Positions 32,130-42,371 of a stretch of DNA of 64,000 bases are shown in pieces. How positions within the stretch are numbered: the stretch's first letter is position 1; every line of letters begins with the position of its first letter. The position numbers were made by a program, and so were the translations under genes. Below the pieces are notes generated by a model. That model searched no databases. It saw nothing but the letters and a program-made list of their open reading frames with translations, and was not told where the DNA came from. The stretch is taken from assembly GCA_041937175.2 (NCBI GenBank), contig CP166615.1:1952001-2016000 (forward strand), written 5' to 3'. Source of the stretch: Limnothrix sp. BL-A-16. Its GTDB lineage: Bacteria > Cyanobacteriota > Cyanobacteriia > CACIAM-69d.

Positions 32130-32939
32130 ATGAAGTCCTACCTGGCGGCGGCAGTCCAAATGAACAGCCAGCCCGATCTGGCCCACAACTTGGCCCAAGC
32201 CGAAGACTTAATTGATCTGGCCGTGAACCGGGGGGCAGAACTGATTGGCCTGCCGGAAAACTTCTCCTTTTTGGGTGAAGAAAACGAAAAACTCGCCCAG
32301 GCCAGCGAGATCGCCGCCGCCAGCGAAAAATTCCTGAAAACCATGGCCCAAAAATATCAGGTCACCATTTTGGGAGGTGGATTTCCCGTGCCAGTGCCGG
32401 ACAACCAGGTGGCCAACACGGCGCTGCTGGTGGATCCCGATGGTTTCGTGGTGCGATATGAAAAGGTGCATTTGTTCGATGTGGATTTGCCCGACGGCAA
32501 CACCTACCGCGAATCGCAAACGGTGCTAGCAGGTTCCCACTTGCCGCCCCTCTACCGATCGGACAATTTGGGCAATTTGGGTCTCTCGGTTTGTTATGAC
32601 GTGCGGTTTCCGGAGCTATATCGCCACCTGTCCAAACAGGGCGCAGATGTGTTGTTTGTGCCCGCAGCGTTCACGGCCTACACGGGCAAGGATCATTGGC
32701 AAGTGTTGCTGCAAGCCCGGGCGATCGAGAACACCTGTTACGCGATCGCTCCGGCCCAAACGGGTCTCCACTACGGCCGCCGCCAGTCCCATGGCCACGC
32801 GGTGATTATTGATCCTTGGGGCACAATCTTGGCCGACGCGGGAGATCCGGTGGGCCTCGCGATCGCGGAAATCAACCCCGATCGACTGGCCCAAGTCCGT
32901 CGCCAAATGCCCTGCCTGGAGCACCGCGTTTTCGGCTAA
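32130..32939 (+). CDS. Carbon-nitrogen hydrolase, Nit1-type (deaminated glutathione amidase)
   Basis: Catalytic triad motifs 'LPEN', 'YEKVHLFD' and 'VCYDVRFPE', plus 'QARAIEN'. Confidence 0.92.
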   Translation: MKSYLAAAVQMNSQPDLAHNLAQAEDLIDLAVNRGAELIGLPENFSFLGEENEKLAQASEIAAASEKFLKTMAQKYQVTILGGGFPVPVPDNQVANTALLVDPDGFVVRYEKVHLFDVDLPDGNTYRESQTVLAGSHLPPLYRSDNLGNLGLSVCYDVRFPELYRHLSKQGADVLFVPAAFTAYTGKDHWQVLLQARAIENTCYAIAPAQTGLHYGRRQSHGHAVIIDPWGTILADAGDPVGLAIAEINPDRLAQVRRQMPCLEHRVFG

Positions 32940-33084
32940 ATGCCCATCTCCCATCAAAACAACGGGGGCGCAACACCCGCCCCCAAACCTTGATTTTCTA
33001 ATTATTTGTAAATTCCCTTTCCTGCGAAAACCCAGATATCATTAAACGAAGCATTTTATGTAAGCTTTTGAGTTCCAAGCTGCC

Positions 33085-33699
33085 ATGGTTCATCGAGTCA
33101 AGCTTTCGGCCCTGATGGTGACAGGATTGTTGCTCACGGCGGGCTTTGGCAAATCAGCCCAGGGCCAGGACACAGACCCCCTGTGCTACTTCACCGATGC
33201 GGCTGGCAACCGCCGAGATCTGAGTGCTTGGTGTGGTCGGTCGGGCAACGGTCTAACTTCACCAACCAGCGCTCCGGCATCAGTGCCAATGGGGCCACCT
33301 CCGGAGGCTACGAGTGCCAACGGGGGCGGCAATGTGGAGTTGTTGCAGTGCCGCGTTCAAGCAGAGCGTCGCACCGAGCAGGCTAGCCCCAGTCAACGCT
33401 TGATCGTTCATCTCATGGGTTCTGTGCAAAACCGAACGGGTAAACCTGTGAGCAATGTAACGGTGCGCTATGTCGTGAAATCAGAAGCCAGCATTTTGAG
33501 TCGCGATGGACGCTCATTAAATGAATCGCTGCTAGGGATTGGCGATCGCGGCACTTTTGATCGAAAAGATAAACCAATCGCCCTAGAAGCTGTGACTAGT
33601 AGCGATAACCGTTGGCGAATTGAGGTTGAGGGTATTGACTGGGTAGAAGCGGGTATGGCTCGATCGCGTCAACTTTCGCCCCCAACCCGTTGTTATTGA
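33085..33699 (+). CDS. Hypothetical secreted protein
   Basis: Signal peptide, a 'CYFTDAAG.RRDLS.WC' motif, and an Ig-like 'GSVQNRTG.PV..VTV' domain. Confidence 0.7.
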   Translation: MVHRVKLSALMVTGLLLTAGFGKSAQGQDTDPLCYFTDAAGNRRDLSAWCGRSGNGLTSPTSAPASVPMGPPPEATSANGGGNVELLQCRVQAERRTEQASPSQRLIVHLMGSVQNRTGKPVSNVTVRYVVKSEASILSRDGRSLNESLLGIGDRGTFDRKDKPIALEAVTSSDNRWRIEVEGIDWVEAGMARSRQLSPPTRCY

Positions 33700-33753
33700 T
33701 TCGTTGCTATTGATTACGATCCATCATCACTCATTGGGCTGAGTAACGGAATG

Positions 33754-34299
33754 TCATTCAGGCGCGGGGTCACTGGGCAGATTGTTAGTCAGGCTCATGG
33801 TTTCCAATTGATCAAAGCCTTCTGCCAGTTCTGGGGGCGATCGATCCAATTGTTGAGCCATCCGTTCAATGACATGGGCGGGAACCTGTCGATCGCGCTG
33901 GGCATTCCAGGCCAAGCATTGCTCCAACGGGGTTTGCACCCACCAGCCGATGATCTGGTTAAAACCCAATTCCCGTGCGGTTTCTAAGATTCGCTGTCGT
34001 TGGCGCGGGTCAGCGTTGGTGGCATCGTAAACGGCATCGGCTGCGTTGGCGATCGTGGTTTGCAGTCGATCGCACACCACCTGCCAAATGGCTGACCAAT
34101 CGCCCTGAACAGCCGCATCACCAAAGAGTTCAGCCCGAATGGCATCGGTGGAAATCCAATGCCGATCGGGAGCGGCGGCTTGCCACTGACGGGCCAGGGT
34201 GGACTTGCCACAGCCCGGCGGCCCAATCAGCACGATCAGACGAGCCGTGGGCAGGCCTGAGGCAGGGGGATCAGTAACGGGGCGATCGGGAAGTGGCAT
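33754..34299 (-). CDS. AAA_33-family P-loop kinase
   Basis: 'LIGPPGCGKST', 'ISTDAIR', 'YDATN' and 'EGFD'. Confidence 0.9.
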   Translation of the reverse strand: MPLPDRPVTDPPASGLPTARLIVLIGPPGCGKSTLARQWQAAAPDRHWISTDAIRAELFGDAAVQGDWSAIWQVVCDRLQTTIANAADAVYDATNADPRQRQRILETARELGFNQIIGWWVQTPLEQCLAWNAQRDRQVPAHVIERMAQQLDRSPPELAEGFDQLETMSLTNNLPSDPAPE

Positions 34300-34323
34300 G
34301 GCGCTGGAATGGGCTAATCAGCC

Positions 34324-34375
34324 GGTTAACGCCACAGGTTAACGCTGTAGGTTAACGACATCGGTTAACGAGATG
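34324..34375. repeat. Four GGTTAACG units at 13-bp period in the divergent kinase/hflX intergenic region
   Basis: Units read ggttaacgccaca / ggttaacgctgta / ggttaacgacatc / ggttaacgagat. Confidence 0.8.
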
Positions 34376-34578
34376 GTTTGAGCATGGTTGAGCCGTTGAA
34401 CCGCCTAAGGATCAGGGATCCCCTCGCCTTAGCCGGCCCGGCCCGCCTAAAATTGAACCATTCTCCACCGCCCGATCGCCCCTCCCCGGTGGGAGATGTG
34501 CGGCGATCGCCGTTTGGAGATCTGGCTCATTTTGCCGTTCTATTCTTTTCCATTTTTTGTCGCATTCTGAGGTGGCTT

Positions 34579-36369
34579 ATCGAAACCATTCATGGAGATC
34601 TGAAAGGTCTCAAAACCAACCAACTCAAACAACTGAAGCGGCTCTATCATCAGCGCGTGCCCGGCGATCGCTTCACCACGCCGGAATTTGCCCAGCGCCT
34701 GGCCGCCATCAGCACCGAACTGGAAAAACCCCTTTGCGTTTACGTTAACCGGCGGGGCCAGGTGATTCGAGTCGGCGTGGGCACACCGCGCCAAACCCAG
34801 ATCCCGCCTTTGGAATTGCCGCGTTATGGGGCCGAGCGCCTGTGCGGAATTCGCTGCATGGCCACTGCGCCCGAGTCAGACCAGCCAGGAACCGGAGCCT
34901 TGACGGCCTTGGCTCTGCAACGGTTGGATGCATTGGTTTGGTTACCGCTCACGGGCAGTGGTTTTGCGCGGCGCGGCGGCGGTGTGGGGGGCTATGTGAA
35001 ATCGGCGCGGGTAGCCCATCTGTTGCCGCCGTCCAATCTGCCGGGGCTGGTGGTGCGAGGGACGGAATCGCCGGCCGAGAGCGTCACCCAAAGCACCACG
35101 GTGTTGCCGCCTGTCCCGATCGATGATTTGGCGGAACAGGACTTTCTGGACTTTGTGACGGGGCTGGAGGCCGAGTTTGCCCGGGAAGTGTCCGGCTTAG
35201 AGATTGATCAAGCGGGCGATCGGGTGTTGTTGGTGGGGGTGCAAACGAGCGATCGGGATCCCAGGGCCTTTGAAGACGGGTTGGCGGAACTCGATCGGCT
35301 GGTGGACACGGCCGGCGGTTCCGTGGTCGGCGTGGTGCGCCAAAAGCGATCGCGCCCCCATCCTCAAACCGTGGTAGGTGAAGGGAAGGTGGAAGAAATT
35401 GCCCTCCAGGCCCAGAGCTTGGGGGCCAACCTGGTGGCGTTCGATCGGGACTTGTCCCCGGCCCAAATCCGCAACTTGGAAAAATTCATCGGCACGCGCG
35501 TGGTCGATCGCACCGAGGTGATTCTCGATATCTTTGCGCAACGGGCCCGATCAGGTGCGGGCAAGCTGCAAGTGGAACTGGCCCAGTTGGAATATCTCAT
35601 GCCGCGACTGACGGGCCGTGGCCAGGCTATGTCTCGGTTGGGCGGTGGCATTGGAACCCGGGGGCCCGGTGAAACCAAATTGGAAACCGAACGCCGGGTG
35701 ATTCAACGGCGCATTTCTCGCTTGCAACGGGAGGTGAACGAACTCCAGGCCCACCGCAACCGCCTACGCCAACGTCGCCAACACCACGATGTGCCCACCG
35801 TGGCGATCGTGGGCTACACCAACGCTGGAAAATCAACCCTGTTGAACGTGCTAACCGATGCGGAGGTCTACGCGGCCGATCAACTGTTTGCCACGTTGGA
35901 TCCAACCACTCGCCGCCTGACCCTGACTCCGCCGGCCCCGATCGCCCCGATCGCTGAATCGGAATTTCCAGACAGCCCCGAATTTGCGGAACCCACCGAG
36001 GGGCGATCAATCCTGCTCACGGACACGGTGGGGTTTATTCAAGAGCTGCCCCCGCCCTTGATGGATGCCTTCCGCGCCACCCTGGAGGAAGTCACGGAAG
36101 CAGAAGCCCTGTTGCACTTGGTGGATCTATCCCATCCTTCCTGGCCCCGACATATTGCGGCGGTGCATGAAATTTTGGGTGAAATGCCGATCGTCCCGGG
36201 GCCGGAGCTGCTGGTTTTTAACAAAATCGACGCGGCCAGCTCCGAGGCGATCGAGCAGGCCAAGGCGGAATGTCCCCACGGGGTGTTTATTTCCGCAGGC
36301 GATCGCCTAGGTCTCGAAACCCTCCGGCAACAGTTGCTGAACCTGGTTCGCTACGCCACGGGCGAATAG
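34579..36369 (+). CDS. hflX: Ribosome-splitting GTPase HflX (long cyanobacterial form)
   Basis: 'ILDIFAQRA', 'GGGIGTRGPGETKLE', 'GYTNAGKSTL', 'FATLDPT', 'DTVGF' and 'NKID'. The protein-like N-terminus begins at ATC (I)ETIHG. Confidence 0.95.
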   Translation: METIHGDLKGLKTNQLKQLKRLYHQRVPGDRFTTPEFAQRLAAISTELEKPLCVYVNRRGQVIRVGVGTPRQTQIPPLELPRYGAERLCGIRCMATAPESDQPGTGALTALALQRLDALVWLPLTGSGFARRGGGVGGYVKSARVAHLLPPSNLPGLVVRGTESPAESVTQSTTVLPPVPIDDLAEQDFLDFVTGLEAEFAREVSGLEIDQAGDRVLLVGVQTSDRDPRAFEDGLAELDRLVDTAGGSVVGVVRQKRSRPHPQTVVGEGKVEEIALQAQSLGANLVAFDRDLSPAQIRNLEKFIGTRVVDRTEVILDIFAQRARSGAGKLQVELAQLEYLMPRLTGRGQAMSRLGGGIGTRGPGETKLETERRVIQRRISRLQREVNELQAHRNRLRQRRQHHDVPTVAIVGYTNAGKSTLLNVLTDAEVYAADQLFATLDPTTRRLTLTPPAPIAPIAESEFPDSPEFAEPTEGRSILLTDTVGFIQELPPPLMDAFRATLEEVTEAEALLHLVDLSHPSWPRHIAAVHEILGEMPIVPGPELLVFNKIDAASSEAIEQAKAECPHGVFISAGDRLGLETLRQQLLNLVRYATGE

Positions 36370-36484
36370 GCCCCATGCCCGATCGATTCTGCCCGATCGA
36401 TCCCATATCCCGTTGCACCGCTGTGATCGGTTGTCGTCATTGGCTGGGTGTGGGCTACAGCAGCCAATTGGTCATACCCTGACC

Positions 36485-36574
36485 ATCATGGGGGACAAGA
36501 TGCTCAAGCCCCTTATCCCCCATGATTCGCTAACGGCAGATCTAGGGTTTCAGGCTCAACGACGACAGTCCCTA
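36485..36574 (-). mobile_element. Partial MITE-like element at the PRC-barrel gene stop
   Basis: Reverse strand reads TA-GGGACTGTCGTCGTTGAGCCTGAAACCCTAGATCTGCCGTTAGCGAATCATGGGGGATAAGGGGCTTGAGCATCTTGTCCCCC, homologous to the units at 59423-59637. Confidence 0.7.
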
Positions 36575-37537
36575 GTAATCTTCGTATTCCGGTTCCCGTT
36601 GCCGCACCTTCTCGGGAATCTCTAGCTTGGGTGCGCGGTAGCCCGGCTCCTCATCGGTCCAAGCATCGGAATCTACGTTGTCATCGTAGCGATCGTAGAC
36701 TTCCTCATAGTCATACTCATCTTCCCGCACATACTCGCGGCCCCGTTCGCGGCGCGGGGGCTGATCGCTCCAGTTGTCGTCTTCGTCATAATCTTGGCGG
36801 CGTTGTTGACCATAGCGCGGGGCCGGCTCTTCCCAGGTTTCCTCTTCCCAAGCTTCCTCTTCGTAGCGGCGCTCAGCCCGGGTTTCGGTGCGAATTTCTG
36901 GACGGGCTTCGGTGCGCAACCCAGAGGCCAGTTGGTTGCCGGGGGCAGCGGTGGGGGTAAAGTACAGATCCTCTTCATCCCGTTCCCAGGGAGGGCTGCT
37001 GAGGCCCAAACGCTCCAGAACACCAACGCTGAGTTGAATCAGGCGGGCTTCGGCCCCTTCAAACACAATCAGCCGATCGGGGCCCGTGCTGACCACTTCT
37101 TCGATCGGGAGTTCATAGGTGCTGATCACCTGTTCGGGCACTTGGGGCAGGCCGAGCGAGGCAATGACGATCGAAACCAGCTTGCCATCTTCCACATCAA
37201 ACTTGAACCCGCGCACCTTCCCCAGCAGTTCGCCAGTTTCGGTGATCACCTCACAACCAATCAAGGTGTTGTAGGCATCCGCTTCAATGTAATCCTCGAT
37301 CGCCCGATCGTCCTCCACCAGGATCACATCACCAATTTGGCTGATGCTATCCAGATTCATGAAGCGCGGCATGGCCGAAACGGCGAGGATATTGTCCTTT
37401 ACGCCAAAGCCAATAATCTCCTGGCGATCAATATCGACCCAAACCTGGCTAATGATGCCCAGGCGCTTGCCAGTGTTTCGGGTAATGATTTGCGTTCCAA
37501 GCAGGTCAGAGCGCTGGCGAATCGATTCAGAGGTCAT
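36572..37537 (-). CDS. PRC-barrel domain protein (two PRC barrels plus acidic tail)
   Basis: 'LLGTQIITRNTGKRLG' and 'LIGCEVITETGELLGKV', followed by an E/D/R-rich tail. Confidence 0.9.
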   Translation of the reverse strand: MTSESIRQRSDLLGTQIITRNTGKRLGIISQVWVDIDRQEIIGFGVKDNILAVSAMPRFMNLDSISQIGDVILVEDDRAIEDYIEADAYNTLIGCEVITETGELLGKVRGFKFDVEDGKLVSIVIASLGLPQVPEQVISTYELPIEEVVSTGPDRLIVFEGAEARLIQLSVGVLERLGLSSPPWERDEEDLYFTPTAAPGNQLASGLRTEARPEIRTETRAERRYEEEAWEEETWEEPAPRYGQQRRQDYDEDDNWSDQPPRRERGREYVREDEYDYEEVYDRYDDNVDSDAWTDEEPGYRAPKLEIPEKVRQREPEYEDY

Positions 37538-37906
37538 TGACTGCAAAGGGGGACTGCAAAGGGGGATGAATTGCAATAGATCCGAAGTCGGGATGCTTGT
37601 CGATAGTAAAGCATAGGTTGACGAATTGAGGGCGGGCGGCTGGTGGTGTCGATTGCCGAACGCGGTTGATTAGTTGGGGCCGAATGCAGAATTGAACCGG
37701 CGAGTATGACCTGCTCAAAGCATTCCGGTTTTCGTCTTCTGTTCATCTTCCAATCCAGAAAGTCCAACAAACCTTGCTCAAAGTGATAGTTAACATCCTC
37801 GTGATCGGTCAGGGTCAACAAGGGCAACCAGTGCTTCAGGGTTTATGGGCAGTCACCTGAAGCACACAGCCCAGGCCCTGCTCGCCGCTTCACCAACAGG
37901 GCAAAC

Positions 37907-37952
37907 TTGACATCCGACCAACCAGACGGTATGTTTCTGATATCCGACCGAC
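37907..37952 (+). promoter_or_regulatory. Sigma70 promoter overlapped by two putative TetR operators
   Basis: TTGACA (37907-37912), a 17-bp spacer, then TATGTT (37930-37935). Tandem motifs ATCCGACCAACCAGACGGT and ATCCGACCGACTAGACGGT overlap it. Confidence 0.75.
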
Positions 37953-38021
37953 TAGACGGTTTTTGAAAACTCGCTGCTTGCGGCCGCGATAATCGCTCTA
38001 TCGTCTAAAGGATTAAAGGTC

Positions 38022-38585
38022 ATGGTTTCTGCAAGAAAATCTCGTGCTACGTCTATCCAACCCGGCCTTCTGTTGGCCGCTGCTAATCAAGTAGTCGTCA
38101 AGCAGGGGGTTGACGCGCTCACACTAGATGCAGTTGCCATGGAAGCCGGTGTGAGCAAAGGTGGATTGCTGCATCACTTTCCCAGCAAAGAAGCGTTGAT
38201 TTCTGGCATGGTTCAGCAAGCATTAGACAAATTTGTTGAAACATTGCATCAGGAACTTGAAAAAGATCCAGCACCCGAGACACCAGGACATTGGGTCAGA
38301 GCTTATGTTCGAGCGTCAGCACTGGATGATCAGGAAAATTATGAACTGCACTTCAACTTACTAGCCGCAAATTTTACTAATCCTGATTTGCTAAAGCCAA
38401 TGCGAGATTTTTGGCAGGAATGCCATGAAAAGATTCTTGCTAGCGGACTTGATCCCGCAGTCGCTACCGTCATTCGCTTGGCAATGGATGGCTTGTGGTT
38501 AACCCACTTACATAACTTTGCACCTTTGGAAGATTCATTGCGATCGCAAGTCATTGAAACGGCTCTGAAGATGGCACAACCTTAG
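38022..38585 (+). CDS. TetR/AcrR family transcriptional regulator
   Basis: HTH 'LTLDAVAMEAGVSKGGLLHHFPSKEAL' and C-terminal 'RLAMDGLW'. Confidence 0.95.
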   Translation: MVSARKSRATSIQPGLLLAAANQVVVKQGVDALTLDAVAMEAGVSKGGLLHHFPSKEALISGMVQQALDKFVETLHQELEKDPAPETPGHWVRAYVRASALDDQENYELHFNLLAANFTNPDLLKPMRDFWQECHEKILASGLDPAVATVIRLAMDGLWLTHLHNFAPLEDSLRSQVIETALKMAQP

Positions 38586-38747
38586 CCGATCCTGTAACGT
38601 ACTTCGTCAATATTTTTGCTTCAATTGGGCATTTGCTGAATTGTTTTGAGCAATCTTTTCTGGCTCTAGAGAATGCCTCTAGAGGAAGTTTGCTATGCCG
38701 TAGTTGATCATGCTGTATTTCTTCCTTTCATCCTTGAGATCAATATC

Positions 38748-40130
38748 ATGGCAAATATTGCAACTCGACTTAACATTCAGGCGGAAGCCCGTGAATTTCT
38801 CAAATTGGCACTGCCCCTTGCAGGTGCCCAAGTTGCTCAAGCAGCGACGGGGTTTGTCGATACCGTCATGATGGGTTGGCTGGGGCAAGATGTGCTCGCA
38901 GCAGGTGGATTAGCCACCATGATTTTCATGGCATTCATGATGACTGGGGTGGGATTAATTTCTGGTGTCAGTCCGTTGGTAGCAGAAGCTTATGGTGCTG
39001 GTCAAATTAAACGAATTGGGCAATTACTTCGTCATGGCTTGTGGATTTCTTTACTATTATCGGTTCCAGGAATGCAGATGATTACTCATCTCGATGGATT
39101 GATGCGTCAATTCGGACAAGCTGAAACAACAGTAATTCTCTCAGATCAGTATCTGAGTGTGATGGCGTGGGGATTATTTCCAGCGATCGCCTTTGCCACG
39201 CTAAGAGGTTGCATCGTTGCACTTTCTGAAGCACGCCCAGTGATGTTTATCGTAGTGATTGCAACCTTGTTCAATATCATTGGCAACTATGTTCTGGGAT
39301 TTGGTCAATTCGGTTTTCCAAATTTAGGAATTTCAGGACTAGCCGTTGCAAGCATTGGCGCGCATTGGATCATGTTTATATCATTGCTGGTGTATATGCT
39401 TTGGCATAAACCACTTCAGCAATACTCTCTGTTTCACGCTCTTCATCACCTGAAACCCAAAATTTTGCAACAGCTACTCTGGGTAGGTGGGCCAATTGGT
39501 GTTGCTGCTGTTTTGGAATATGGACTATACACAACGGTTAGCTTTTTCATGGGAGCGCTTGGAACGCCAGTTTTAGCGGCTCATCAAGTCGTATCACAAA
39601 CTGTACTTGTTCTATTTATGGTTCCCTTAGCAATGTCTTATGCTGCAACTGTTCGAGTTGGGCAGTGGTTGGGTCAACGAAATTGGAAACAGATTCAACA
39701 AGCAGCTTTAGTCAGTATTGGACTGGCAGTCACATTTATGTTTTTCATGGGAATTGCTCTGTTTACTCATCCTCGTCAAGTTGTTGGTCTGTATCTTGAT
39801 CTGAGTAATCCAGCTAATGCCGATGCCATAGGTATGAGTATTACACTCATGAAGCTTGCAGCTTGCGGACTGGTCTTAGATGGTTTACAACGAACCGCGA
39901 ATGGTGTTTTGCAAGGTTTGCAAGATACGCGAATTCCGGTGTTGCTTGGAATGATTGCCTATTGGGGTATTGGCTTAACGATGAGCTATCTGCTGGGATT
40001 TTATGCTCCCTGGTCAGGGGTGGGGGTTTGGCTGGGTACATACATCGGACTGGCGGCGGCATCGATTGCGTACCTCTGGCGATTTTGGAGAATTATGTTA
40101 AGCAGCCATTTCCGAGTAGCTAATGGGTGA
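38748..40130 (+). CDS. MATE family efflux transporter (NorM-like)
   Basis: 'LKLALPL', 'FVDTVMMG.LG...LAA', 'LAAHQ', 'RVGQWLG' and 'LQGLQDTRIP'; about 12 TMs. Confidence 0.95.
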   Translation: MANIATRLNIQAEAREFLKLALPLAGAQVAQAATGFVDTVMMGWLGQDVLAAGGLATMIFMAFMMTGVGLISGVSPLVAEAYGAGQIKRIGQLLRHGLWISLLLSVPGMQMITHLDGLMRQFGQAETTVILSDQYLSVMAWGLFPAIAFATLRGCIVALSEARPVMFIVVIATLFNIIGNYVLGFGQFGFPNLGISGLAVASIGAHWIMFISLLVYMLWHKPLQQYSLFHALHHLKPKILQQLLWVGGPIGVAAVLEYGLYTTVSFFMGALGTPVLAAHQVVSQTVLVLFMVPLAMSYAATVRVGQWLGQRNWKQIQQAALVSIGLAVTFMFFMGIALFTHPRQVVGLYLDLSNPANADAIGMSITLMKLAACGLVLDGLQRTANGVLQGLQDTRIPVLLGMIAYWGIGLTMSYLLGFYAPWSGVGVWLGTYIGLAAASIAYLWRFWRIMLSSHFRVANG

Positions 40131-40244
40131 CCCCTTCGATGGTGCTGATTGAAACCAGTCGTTGTGCCAGAGGAGTACGCTGAGTCTGTAATGCAGCGCC
40201 CGGCCCCCGGGCTGGGCGAGGATTGAAACGCAAGGAGCGATCGC

Positions 40245-40829
40245 GTGAGTTTGCTCGATGATCTCAGTCAGTTTTTAGAAGCTCGGCTAGAAGCCTTTCT
40301 GCGCGAACATCCCGAGCTAGAGTTGCGGGCCCTAGAGGAGCAACTGCGGGAACAGGAAGCCGATGCCAAGCGATCGATCGGGGAATTGCACACCCAAGAA
40401 CAGCAACTGAAAGCTGACATTTGGGAAACAGCCCAAGACGTGCAGCGTTGGCATATTCGCATCGAAAAGGTGGAAGCCGCTGGAGAACACCAACTCGCCG
40501 CCGCCGCCCGCGAACGAGAAGCCGCCCTCTTGCGCAAGGGCAATCAACTTTGGGGACAAATGCAGGGCATTAAAACCCGCATTGAACAGTTAGAAACCCT
40601 GGTGTCGCAATTGGCCAGCAAACGGCAAGAGGTGGCCGCGCGGGCAGCCCAGGCCGATGCGCAAACCCAGGCCCAAGCCAAGACCCGCACCAGCCGATCG
40701 CCCTGGGACAGCGGCGATCGAGCCACCTACAGCAGCGGAATGGGAGCCGATCCGCTAGAAGAGCAGTTCCAACGCTGGGAAATGGATGAAGAACTGGAAC
40801 AACTGAAGCGCCAAATGGGCCGCCCTTGA
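40245..40829 (+). CDS. PspA-related coiled-coil protein (TIGR04376-like)
   Basis: 'MSLLDDLSQFLEARLEAFLREHP', 'RKGNQLWG' and 'LEEQFQRWE.DEEL..LK'. Confidence 0.8.
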   Translation: MSLLDDLSQFLEARLEAFLREHPELELRALEEQLREQEADAKRSIGELHTQEQQLKADIWETAQDVQRWHIRIEKVEAAGEHQLAAAAREREAALLRKGNQLWGQMQGIKTRIEQLETLVSQLASKRQEVAARAAQADAQTQAQAKTRTSRSPWDSGDRATYSSGMGADPLEEQFQRWEMDEELEQLKRQMGRP

Positions 40830-41468
40830 AGAACCGCCTTTAAAGATCTGAGCAAGGGATAGCAGCCTTTTTAGCCAATTCAACTGTTTTGGCCTCCAAC
40901 AGCCGTGCTAGCTTAAGGGTGTAACGATTTGTAAAGAAAAGTAACAACTCGATCGTGCAAGACTGGCAAAGCAAGCTCAAAGGCAAAGTAATCGTCATTG
41001 TTGGCGGCACGGGGGGCATTGGCGCAACCCTCGCTCGCAAGCTGGCAGCGGCTGAAACCTCGTTGGTGTTGGCGGCTCGGGGAACGGAGCCATTGGCGGC
41101 CCTCGCAGCGGAACTGCGGGGAACGGGAGCTACGGTGTTGGCGGTTCCCACGGATATTACCGATGCGGCTCAGGTGGCGAATTTATTCACCCAAGCGATC
41201 GCCCAATTTGGTCAGATTGATGGGCTGGTCAATGCAGCGGGGGCGGGAATTCTCAAACAGTTTAATAAGCTCACGGAAGCCGATCTGGATCAAATGTTGG
41301 CGGTGAATTTAAAGGGCAGTTTTCACACTTGCCAAGCCGCCATTGAGGTGATGAAAGATCGCAAAATGGGGCATATTTGCAACGTGATCGGCATTTTGGG
41401 CAAACATTCCATGGCGATGGGTGCGGCCTATTGTGCTTCCAAATTTGCGCTCACGGGCCTGAGTAAAT

Positions 41469-42371
41469 AGACCTCTTGCACGAATAAAGGAGTAATGTAG
41501 AAAGTCGTCGTCACCATCCCTGGGAGATGCTCTACGAAAACCTTGCATCACTTCCCCCATCGCAATTTCGCCGCGCTTGTGGCTTCAGTCGCTCTACCTT
41601 CCAAGCCATGCTCGATGTCCTCCGTCCCGCCCTCGACCGTAGCGGCAAACGCGGTGGACAAAATAGCCTCAGCGTGGAGAATCAACTCCTGCTGACCCTG
41701 CAATACTGGCGCGAGTATCGCACCCAATTCCATATCGGTCTTGATTTCGGGGTCTCAGAAGCGACCGTCTGTCGGATCATCAACCGCGTTGAGACTGTCT
41801 TGGTCAAAAGTGGTCGGTTTGCGTTGCCCGGCAAACGCCGCCTCTTAGACCCCGAGGCTGATGAGTCAGTAGTGGTGATTGATGTGACCGAAGTCGCCAT
41901 TGAACGACCCAAAAAAACAGCGTGCTTACTACAGCGGCAAGCAGAAGCAACATACGCTGAAAGGGCAATTGGTGATTGATTGGCGCTCCGGTCAATTCCT
42001 GGCCGCGGCGATGGGTCGAGGTCGCACCCATGACCTGCGGCTTTGGCGTGAGAGTGCTTTTCGTTTAGCTCCAGACCGGCTGTGTCTAGCGGATAGTGGG
42101 TATCAAGGGCTAGCTCGTCACCATGAGGCCACGATCCTCCCGAAACGGAAACCACCTCGAAAGTCTCTGCCGGAGGTGGAAAAAGCTTGCAATCAGGCGT
42201 TGGCTGCGGTGCGCATTCGGATTGAGCATGCCATTCGTCGCTTGAAGCGATTTCGGATTTTCTCAGGACGCTATCGCAATCGTCGTCGCCGTTTTGGCTT
42301 GAGGCTCCATCTGTTAGCTGGGTTGCTCAACTACCAGGCAATGCATCCAATTTGATTCGTGCAAGAGGTCT
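41469..42371 (+). mobile_element. IS5-family insertion sequence, 903 bp
   Basis: Perfect 17-bp IRs AGACCTCTTGCACGAAT / ATTCGTGCAAGAGGTCT, with a 3-bp AAT duplication (41466-41468 and 42372-42374). Confidence 0.95.
41527..42355 (+). CDS. IS5-family DDE transposase with -1 programmed frameshift
   Basis: ORF A has the HTH 'QLLLTLQYWREYRT..HIG.DFGVSE' and 'IDVTE'. ORF B has 'YYSGKQKQH', 'ADSGYQG' and 'RIRIEH'. Slippery sequence CCC AAA AAA A at 41908-41917. Confidence 0.9.

Noticed and set aside
34378..34578. N-terminal extension of the hflX ORF from TTG 34378
   Set aside because: It spans a promoter-like region with HIP1-containing inverted repeats and does not look like protein sequence.
37534..37827. 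97-aa minus-strand ORF or gene remnant at the edge of the TetR cassette
   Set aside because: No recognisable motif. It could be a fragment, but I cannot support that without a search.
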